Source: Desulfobacteraceae bacterium (GTDB lineage Bacteria > Desulfobacterota > Desulfobacteria > Desulfobacterales > Desulfobacteraceae). Taken from it: a stretch of 24,601 nucleotides of DNA. The position numbers and the translations under genes are program-made. This document shows positions 1 through 6,027 of the stretch, one piece after another. The stretch covers positions 1-24,601 of the forward strand of contig DAOWDR010000532.1 of NCBI GenBank assembly GCA_030638935.1, written 5' to 3'. A model generated the notes under the pieces. That model saw only the letters and a program-made list of their open reading frames with translations, was not told the origin of the DNA and did not search any database. Every line of letters begins with the position of its first letter. Position 1 is the first letter of the stretch.

Positions 1-1
1 C

Positions 2-175
2 AATGCCAAGGCAGTGCTCGTGGTAGAAATGAATATGGGCCAGGTGGTCACCCAGGTGAAAAATGCAGTGGATAATCCAAACAATGTATTCCTGGCAAAC
101 CGGATCGACGGCCAATTGATATCACCATTTGATATCAAAACAGTCCTGAGAATGATCCAGGGCAAGGGGGTGTAA
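2..175 (+). CDS. korA: 2-oxoacid:ferredoxin oxidoreductase alpha subunit, C-terminal fragment (runs in from the left edge)
   Basis: Manual translation of frame 2: NAKAVLVVEMNMGQVVTQVKNAVDNPNNVFLANRIDGQLISPFDIKTVLRMIQGKGV*. The V-V-E-M-N-x-G-Q motif is typical of OFOR alpha C-termini. Stop at 173-175, 1 nt before the beta-subunit ATG. Substrate specificity is not resolvable. Confidence 0.85.
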   Translation, partial: NAKAVLVVEMNMGQVVTQVKNAVDNPNNVFLANRIDGQLISPFDIKTVLRMIQGKGV

Positions 176-176
176 G

Positions 177-1001
177 ATGAATGAAAAACCATTTGATTTT
201 AAAGATTATGTAAGGGCTAGATTTTTCCCCCATATCTGGTGCCCGGGCTGCGGCCACGGGATTGTCCTGGGTTCTTTGCTCAGGGGAATCCACGAACTGG
301 GGCTGGATAAAAACGAAATTGTCATGACTTCAGGGATCGGGTGTTCCTCCAGGATATCAGGGTATGTTGATTTCCATTCCCTGCATACCATCCATGGAAG
401 GGCCCTCACCTTTGCCACCGGTGTCAAGCTTTCTCGTCCCCATCTCAAGGCGATTGTGCCCATGGGAGACGGAGATGCCCTGGCCATTGGCGGAAACCAT
501 TTCATCCATGCGGCCAGGCGAAACATTGATATCACGGCCATTGTAATGAACAATAGGATCTACGGAATGACCGGGGGGCAGTTTTCACCATTGTCCGGCA
601 TTGGCAAAAAAGCGACCACCGCCCCCTATTCAACCATTGACAACAATTTTGATGTTGTTGAACTGGCCAAGAGTGCCGGTGCCACTTTCGTGGCCAGATC
701 CACTGTATTCCATGCCACTGAAGCCAAGAATTTTATCAAAAAAGCCATTATGCACAAGGGCTTTTCAGTTGTTGAAATTCTTTCCCAATGCCCCACCTAT
801 TATGGCAGAAAAAACAAGGAGGGGGATGCGGCCCAGATGATGGAAGGCTATAAAACCAATACCGTTAAAATCGGGTCAAAAAAGCTGGAAAAAAATCCCA
901 ACCTTATTCAGCGGGGTATCTTTGTCGAGGACACGGACAAGCCGGAGTATTGTGAGGCATATGACCAAATCATTGAGACCGCAATGAAAGGAAACGCATA
1001 A
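177..1001 (+). CDS. korB: 2-oxoacid:ferredoxin oxidoreductase beta subunit (TPP-binding)
   Basis: WCPGCG and GIGCS motifs; TPP motif GDGD...MNNRIYGMTGGQ; 274 aa; lies between the alpha and gamma genes. Confidence 0.92.
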   Translation: MNEKPFDFKDYVRARFFPHIWCPGCGHGIVLGSLLRGIHELGLDKNEIVMTSGIGCSSRISGYVDFHSLHTIHGRALTFATGVKLSRPHLKAIVPMGDGDALAIGGNHFIHAARRNIDITAIVMNNRIYGMTGGQFSPLSGIGKKATTAPYSTIDNNFDVVELAKSAGATFVARSTVFHATEAKNFIKKAIMHKGFSVVEILSQCPTYYGRKNKEGDAAQMMEGYKTNTVKIGSKKLEKNPNLIQRGIFVEDTDKPEYCEAYDQIIETAMKGNA

Positions 1002-1543
1002 TGGAACGTTCAAGACTTGTTTTTTCAGGCTCAGGCGGACAGGGCGTGATTACTGCGGCCATTATACTTGCAAAGGCTGCTGCTATTTTTGAAGGGAAAA
1101 ATGCCATCCAGTCCCAGAGTTACGGGGCCGCTGCAAGGGGGGGAGCTACCAGGAGCGATATTCTGATTGCAGATACTGAGATTAATTTCCCCAAGGTGAT
1201 CCAGCCCAATATCCTGGTCAGCCTGACCCAGGAAAGTTATAATAAATTTTCTCCGATTCTCCGGCCGGGCGGTCTTTTATTGATGGATTCAAAATATGTG
1301 ACCATTGAAAAAAAGGTGGATGCAAAACATATTGCTTTGCCCATGTATGAGACGGTGATGGAAAAAATCAAAAAACCCATTGTCTTTAACATCTGTATGC
1401 TGGGTGCCCTCATCGGAATTTCCCAGTTGGTAAAACCCGAATCCATCCTCAAGGTTTTGGAAACCACCATTCCCAAGGATTTTATGGACATGAACAAAAA
1501 AGCCCTGGATCTGGGTATGCAAATGGGTGAAGCCCAGCGATAA
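1001..1543 (+). CDS. korC: 2-oxoacid:ferredoxin oxidoreductase gamma subunit
   Basis: N-terminal GSGGQGVIT and QSYGAAARGG motifs, C-terminal MNKKALDLG; TAATG overlap with the beta gene (translational coupling). Confidence 0.92.
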   Translation: MERSRLVFSGSGGQGVITAAIILAKAAAIFEGKNAIQSQSYGAAARGGATRSDILIADTEINFPKVIQPNILVSLTQESYNKFSPILRPGGLLLMDSKYVTIEKKVDAKHIALPMYETVMEKIKKPIVFNICMLGALIGISQLVKPESILKVLETTIPKDFMDMNKKALDLGMQMGEAQR

Positions 1544-1565
1544 AGCCGTATATAATTGTACTATG

Positions 1566-1606
1566 ACGCCCGGTGCAAATTTGCACCGGGCGTTTTTTAT
1601 TTTTTA
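1566..1606 (+). terminator. Intrinsic terminator, likely also used by the convergent gene
   Basis: Perfect 28-bp palindrome ACGCCCGGTGCAAA/TTTGCACCGGGCGT (1566-1593) followed by a T-rich run, 22 nt after the gamma stop. Confidence 0.85.
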
Positions 1607-1890
1607 GTTTTATTAACCGGGCCTTGCCCAGTCCCTGCTGCCGGAAACAGCTCCTCTATATTGAGTCCCTTTATCTTTTTAAGACAGCTTTCCAGTGCTT
1701 CCTGTTCAGAGCTGCCGGCCCCCTGGTGTTCCGGTTTGGCAACAATATTAACCAGGTTTGGAACGGCAATATAGTCCCCTGCCAGATTTCCCTGAATTTT
1801 CTGGTGAACATCAATATAAATCATCCTGCCTTTTCTGATCAAATTATACCGGGTAATCCGGGTTAAAATGTCATTTACGTGAAGTTCCAT
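1597..1890 (-). CDS. Hypothetical protein, 97 aa (start moved from 1974 to 1890)
   Basis: AAGGAG lies 5 nt upstream of the ATG at 1890 (MELHVNDILTRITRY...). Protein-like composition; ends at the terminator. Confidence 0.7.
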   Translation of the reverse strand: MELHVNDILTRITRYNLIRKGRMIYIDVHQKIQGNLAGDYIAVPNLVNIVAKPEHQGAGSSEQEALESCLKKIKGLNIEELFPAAGTGQGPVNKTKK

Positions 1891-1982
1891 AGCATCTCCT
1901 TTTTTTAAGTTACAACTGCCACACTTCCCCATTGTTTTCAACATCTTTCTTCTTAACCTTTCCCTCTTCCCCAAAAAAAATA

Positions 1983-2010
1983 TTGATCAAAAAATAAATT
2001 GGAGTAGAAT
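1983..2010 (+). promoter_or_regulatory. Candidate sigma70 promoter of the xsc'-'tpa-ald unit
   Basis: TTGATC (1983-1988), 16 bp spacer, TAGAAT (2005-2010), about 95 nt upstream of the ATG at 2106. Confidence 0.5.
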
Positions 2011-2025
2011 TTTCACTTGACGGCT

Positions 2026-2039
2026 TTCAGATATCTGAA
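2026..2039. promoter_or_regulatory. Perfect 14-bp palindrome, candidate repressor operator
   Basis: TTCAGATATCTGAA is self-complementary and sits just downstream of the candidate -10. Confidence 0.4.
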
Positions 2040-2105
2040 TTCCAACACCTATTATCTGCAAATACTGCGGATACTAATCCAATTAATCGTGGAGGTAACA
2101 ATACA

Positions 2106-2231
2106 ATGAAAATGACCACTGAAGAGGCCTTTATAAAAGTTCTCCAAATGCATGGGATTGAACACGCCTTTGGCATTATCGGTTCGGCAATCCGACTTGT
2201 CTGCCACAGTGGTCAAACAAGAAGTCTATGA
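2106..2231 (+). pseudogene. xsc: 5' remnant (28 codons) of sulfoacetaldehyde acetyltransferase, running out of frame into the tpa remnant
   Basis: GGAGG at 2091-2095, then MKMTTEEAFIKVLQMHGIEHAFGIIGSA (2106-2189), which I recognise as the Xsc N-terminus. It is followed by unrelated IRLVCHSGQTRSL and TGA at 2229-2231. Not in the ORF track. Confidence 0.85.
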
Positions 2232-2714
2232 TGCTTTTTTAAATGACCCGACAGATCCCGACACACGGCTCAATTATTTCAGGGATATCTCCACTTACGG
2301 AGGATGTACATCTGCCATGACAGCCGCCCTGGAAAGCACCCGGATAATTGAAGAGGAAAACCTGCTGGACAACAGCCTTAAAATAGGGGATTATCTAAAT
2401 GAAAAACTTGCAATGTTAAAAAAATACAATGTTGTGGGCGATGTCAGGGGGCAAGGGACTCTTTGCCGGCATTGAGTTTGTAAGGACAGGGCAACCAAGG
2501 AACCTGTTTTTGAAGATCAAATGGCAGAGCTCATGGGAAATGTCATGGTTCAAAACGTGATTGTTGGAAAAACCAATTCCAGTTTTCACGGACTGAACAA
2601 ATGAACTTTGCCCCCTGCCTGATCATCACCAAAGGACAGGTGGATACCATTGTTACTGCGGTGGCAACTGCCATCGAAAAAACATTTGGACAAAAACTTC
2701 AAACCATTACTTAA
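2197..2714 (+). pseudogene. tpa: 3' remnant of a class III aminotransferase, most likely taurine:pyruvate aminotransferase, with 3 frameshifts
   Basis: Reconstructed across frames: LSATVVKQEVYDAF...YFRDISTYGGCTSAMTAALES...GDVRGQG / LFAGIEFV / DRATKEP...GKTNSSFHGLN / MNFAPCLIITKGQVDTIV...*. The class III fold is clear. YFRDIST(F/Y)GGC is what I recall from Tpa. No start codon of its own, and the PLP-lysine (AKG) segment is absent. Confidence 0.8.
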
Positions 2715-2731
2715 ATTTAAGGAGAGATCTC

Positions 2732-3844
2732 ATGCTTGTTGGAATCTTAAAAGAAATTAAAGTTTTAGAGAAAAGAGTTTGCATGACACCTGCAGGTGTT
2801 GTTGCCATGAAAAACAACGGTCATGACGTCCTGGTTGAAACAACTGCAGGCGCAGGAGCGGGTTTTACAGATGCAGACTATGTTGCTGCCGGTGCCACCA
2901 TTGCAAAAACCCCTGCACAGATCTATGAAAAATGCGAGATGATAATGCATGTAAAAGAGCCCCAGCCCTCTGAATATGATCACATCAGAGAAGATCAGAT
3001 TGTTTTCACCTATCTGCATCTTGCTGCGGATGAGCAGCAAACCCGCGCTTTGATCAAAAGCAAATCCATTGACATTGCCTATGAAACCATTGAAAAAGAA
3101 AATGGTTCCCTTCCCCTGCTCCTTCCCATGAGTGAAGTGGCAGGGCGTATGGCAACCCAGGAAGCTGCTAAATACCTTGAAATGCCCCAGGGCGGAATGG
3201 GTGTTCTTCTGGGTGGCGTAACCGGTGTTGAACCTGCCACAGTGGTTGTTATCGGTGGTGGTGTTGTGGGTATCAATGCAGCCAAAATGGCCTGTGGTCT
3301 GGGGGCAAAAGTATATATTCTGGACACAAACCTGGAAAGACTGGCCTATCTGGATGATGTCATGCCTGCCAACTGCTTCCCCATCATGTCCAATGCAGCC
3401 ATCCTTGAAGAACTGGTCACCAGGGCAGATGCTGTCATTGGTGCGGTTCTTGTTGCCGGTGCCAAGGCCCCCAAACTGCTGACCCGTAAGATGCTTAAGA
3501 AAATGAAAAAAGGTTCTGTGATTGTGGATGTTGCCATTGACCAGGGAGGTTGTTTTGAGACATCCAAAGCCACCACCCATGCAGACCCCACCTATGAAGT
3601 GGATGGAGTTATTCACTATTGCGTTGCCAATATGCCGGGGGCTGTTGCCAGAACTTCAACCGCAGCCCTGACCAACGCCACCCTTCCCTATGCCATTGAA
3701 ATTGCCAACAAAGGATGGAAAAAAGCCATGCAGGATAACAGGGAAATCAAACTGGGTGCCAATGTAATTAAAGGCAAGGTAACCTTTAAAGCGGTTGCCG
3801 ATGCCATTGGTCTGGATTACACACCAATTGAAAATTTTCTTTAA
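2732..3844 (+). CDS. ald: Alanine dehydrogenase
   Basis: 370 aa; N-terminal VGILKEIK...RV; catalytic HVKEP and TYLHLA; Rossmann IGGGVVG; DVAIDQGG and YCVANMPG; AAGGAG RBS. Confidence 0.96.
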   Translation: MLVGILKEIKVLEKRVCMTPAGVVAMKNNGHDVLVETTAGAGAGFTDADYVAAGATIAKTPAQIYEKCEMIMHVKEPQPSEYDHIREDQIVFTYLHLAADEQQTRALIKSKSIDIAYETIEKENGSLPLLLPMSEVAGRMATQEAAKYLEMPQGGMGVLLGGVTGVEPATVVVIGGGVVGINAAKMACGLGAKVYILDTNLERLAYLDDVMPANCFPIMSNAAILEELVTRADAVIGAVLVAGAKAPKLLTRKMLKKMKKGSVIVDVAIDQGGCFETSKATTHADPTYEVDGVIHYCVANMPGAVARTSTAALTNATLPYAIEIANKGWKKAMQDNREIKLGANVIKGKVTFKAVADAIGLDYTPIENFL

Positions 3845-3854
3845 TCAAAACTGA

Positions 3855-3892
3855 AAAGGTTCTGGTTTTTGTTTAAAAAAATCAGAACCTTT
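3855..3892. terminator. Bidirectional intrinsic terminator between ald and the selenoprotein gene
   Basis: AAAGGTTCTG (3855-3864) pairs with CAGAACCTTT (3883-3892), extended inward by T/A runs; located between convergent stops. Confidence 0.7.
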
Positions 3893-3930
3893 CTTAATAT
3901 CTGTAAAAACTCATAGAAAAGAGTATGGGA

Positions 3931-4263
3931 TTACAATGCCCCATAGATCATATCATTGTATCCAATAAAAAAGGCATTCTTTGTCTTTACGGCCGGTGCC
4001 CGAAGATTTCCAGACCGACCCATGGAGGCCTTTAAAATTTCTTCCTTGTGTTCCTCATCAGGCCCAAGGCAAAGAACTTTTTTGCCCTTTCCAATATAGA
4101 CCCTCGGCCTTGTCTGCATAAATTCCCAGGCCATTTCCCGGTCAATTTTCTCTTTTCTGGCATCGGATATATCCTTGGGCCGTATCCCCTTTTGCTCAAA
4201 ATACATTTGAGCTTTTTTACAGGATACTCAGCCTTTCCGAATATAGGCCCATTCAATGTCCAT
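3931..4263 (-). CDS. ArsC/Spx-like thioredoxin-fold selenoprotein, 110 aa, Sec at codon 12 (UxxC)
   Basis: AGGAGG, 4 nt, then ATG at 4263: MDIEWAYIRKG-TGA(4230-4228)-VSCKKAQMYFEQKG...GRSGNLRAP.... The ORF track starts at 4206, which cuts off the redox motif and has no RBS. A SECIS-like hairpin follows the TGA. Confidence 0.88.
4182..4227 (-). promoter_or_regulatory. Candidate bacterial SECIS element
   Basis: mRNA directly after UGA: GUAUCC-UGUAAAAAA-GCUCAAA-UGUAU-UUUGAGC-AAAAGG-GGAUAC. This gives a 6-bp lower stem, a 7-bp upper stem and a 5-nt loop with G in second position. Confidence 0.75.
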
Positions 4264-4299
4264 ACATCCTCCTTCTGGGAAAATTTAATTGGGTAAAAA

Positions 4300-4314
4300 A
4301 CAAAACTATTGCCA
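4300..4314 (-). promoter_or_regulatory. Possible sigma54 promoter for the selenoprotein gene
   Basis: TGGCAATAGTTTTGT has correct -24/-12 spacing, but GT replaces the conserved GC. Confidence 0.25.
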
Positions 4315-4346
4315 TGTCCAAAGAGCATCCAGGGACAAAAAAAGGG

Positions 4347-5912
4347 CTAACACTTTCGTTTTCGCCCATGGAGGGTAAATGTTTTTACCACAAACTCCCT
4401 GAATTCCCATATATAATCAATGGTTTTCTGGTTCATGGAATGGGCCTTGCTATCCCAGTTCACATAAATCATTGAGATGATCTTCCGATCAACAAATACA
4501 GGAAAAACGGCAAAACCAGAAGATTGCTCATTTTTTCCAAACCGTTCCATATACCAGGAAGGGATCTTTTTTTTGTATTTTTTCCCGTGGATGTCACTGA
4601 CAATGGTATCACTTTTTTTCAGAACAGCGCTGTTAAATATATCAAGGCTGTTCTCCAGTTTGAATGTAAAGCCCTTAAGCAATTCCTGTGAATTATCCCC
4701 TTTGGCAAACCGGGCATCCATTGTCTGGGTTTCCTTTTTTTTAATGGCAATGCAGACCTGGTTGAAATAAAAACTTTGAAAAAGGATACCCACGATATTG
4801 GTAAAAATTTCATGGATACTGAGTTGGCTGTCCAGATTTTCCTGTAATTGTTTTAAACCTGCATTGAGGCTGTCCATATTTTTTATACCCGAAGATCTTG
4901 TTGTCTTTCCTGGATCTGGATCTACATTTAGGAGGGCTGCATGTTTAATCATCTTGTCCCGGGAGGTTTTGCCCAGTTCCAAAGCCTTTGACATGCCAAT
5001 CTTCAGGATTCCTTCATATTTGCCGGTAATATCCATTACCTGTCCAATTACCTGATCATGGCCCTTGTCCAAGGGAATGTCGCACATTTCCCGGGTAAAG
5101 GCACAGGCATACCGGTGACGATTTCCTTCACTGATCCCCTCCCCCTTCACATCAAAATTTGTCACCGGCCGGGTTGCATTGACGATATTTTCCGGCAAAT
5201 GGAGTTTTAAGGCCACAAGCCTGCCCAAATCACTATAGGAAAGCCCTAGTACGGATTTTGAAGCCGCCTGCAGGGAATGCTTGCCATCATCCATGGCAAG
5301 CTCAATTTGGATATATTTATCCGGGGCAAACAATGCCACAAGGTACTCACCCAAATCATAGATCATGGCGGAAATCTGGAGAGCATCTGCATCTTCATAA
5401 CCGCCCTCAAGGGCAATCTGCCTTGCCATGATGCTCCTTTGAAGTCCTTTTAACGCTTTATCCCTTAAAATGTCGGCATTGGCAAGGCCTGTCATCATTT
5501 CATAAATCTTTAAACCGGCGGCTGCCGACCGGACCTCATCGGTGCCCAGAATGATCATGGCCTCTGAAATGGTTGAGATCCCTTTGCTTGAAAAATGGCG
5601 ATAAAAAGATGAATTTACCAATTTAAGGACCTTTGAGGTTAATGCCATATCCTTTAGGATCACATCTGCGATATCGTTGGCCGAGGAATATTTCATGGTC
5701 AAGATTTTATTCACATTGCTGACCTGGCGAGAAAAGGACAAAAACGAATCCCGGGCCATCATTTTTTTAAAAATTGAATTTACAAAAAGGCTGTAATCAG
5801 AAGCGTCTGACTGAGTTTCCGCAACATCTTTGTCCCCGGCTTCCCGGCCCAGGGCCGGCAGGCAAATCGCATCCAATTCTATACCCGCATGGGGGGTATC
5901 CGTTGCATCCAT
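4347..5912 (-). CDS. HDOD-domain signalling protein with a C-terminal GAF-like domain, 521 aa
   Basis: HDOD signature IADVILKDMALTSKVLKLVNSSFY...STISEAMIILG...AMIYDLG. C-terminal GAF-like part ends FAVFPVFVDRKIISMIYVNWD. GGAG lies upstream of the ATG at 5912; the track start (TTG 5933) is less likely. Confidence 0.85.
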   Translation of the reverse strand: MDATDTPHAGIELDAICLPALGREAGDKDVAETQSDASDYSLFVNSIFKKMMARDSFLSFSRQVSNVNKILTMKYSSANDIADVILKDMALTSKVLKLVNSSFYRHFSSKGISTISEAMIILGTDEVRSAAAGLKIYEMMTGLANADILRDKALKGLQRSIMARQIALEGGYEDADALQISAMIYDLGEYLVALFAPDKYIQIELAMDDGKHSLQAASKSVLGLSYSDLGRLVALKLHLPENIVNATRPVTNFDVKGEGISEGNRHRYACAFTREMCDIPLDKGHDQVIGQVMDITGKYEGILKIGMSKALELGKTSRDKMIKHAALLNVDPDPGKTTRSSGIKNMDSLNAGLKQLQENLDSQLSIHEIFTNIVGILFQSFYFNQVCIAIKKKETQTMDARFAKGDNSQELLKGFTFKLENSLDIFNSAVLKKSDTIVSDIHGKKYKKKIPSWYMERFGKNEQSSGFAVFPVFVDRKIISMIYVNWDSKAHSMNQKTIDYIWEFREFVVKTFTLHGRKRKC

Positions 5913-5974
5913 TGGTACTCCATTCAAAAACAAGCTTGATAATAGTGATGATTAACCCATATAATACATTCAGC

Positions 5975-6003
5975 ATAATAGACTTTATACTTAAGATTTT
6001 CAA
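5975..6003 (-). promoter_or_regulatory. Candidate sigma70 promoter for the HDOD gene
   Basis: TTGAAA (6003-5998), 17 bp spacer, TATTAT (5980-5975) on the minus strand. Confidence 0.55.
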
Positions 6004-6027
6004 TTAAATTTTATAACAGGCCGGAAC

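Noticed and set aside
2185-2200. Microhomology (shared Met-Pro codons in Xsc GSAMMP and Tpa xMPLSA) as the deletion mechanism
   Set aside because: The junction reads GCA-ATC-CGA-C-TTG, not a clean ATG-CCN, and the parental sequences are unavailable, so it cannot be established.
2152-2475. 107-aa ORF in the track as a real protein
   Set aside because: Chimeric: its first ~15 codons are an off-frame reading of the xsc remnant, and it ends at a frameshift in the tpa remnant.
2765-3616. 283-aa minus-strand ORF
   Set aside because: Antisense shadow of ald with no recognisable motifs.
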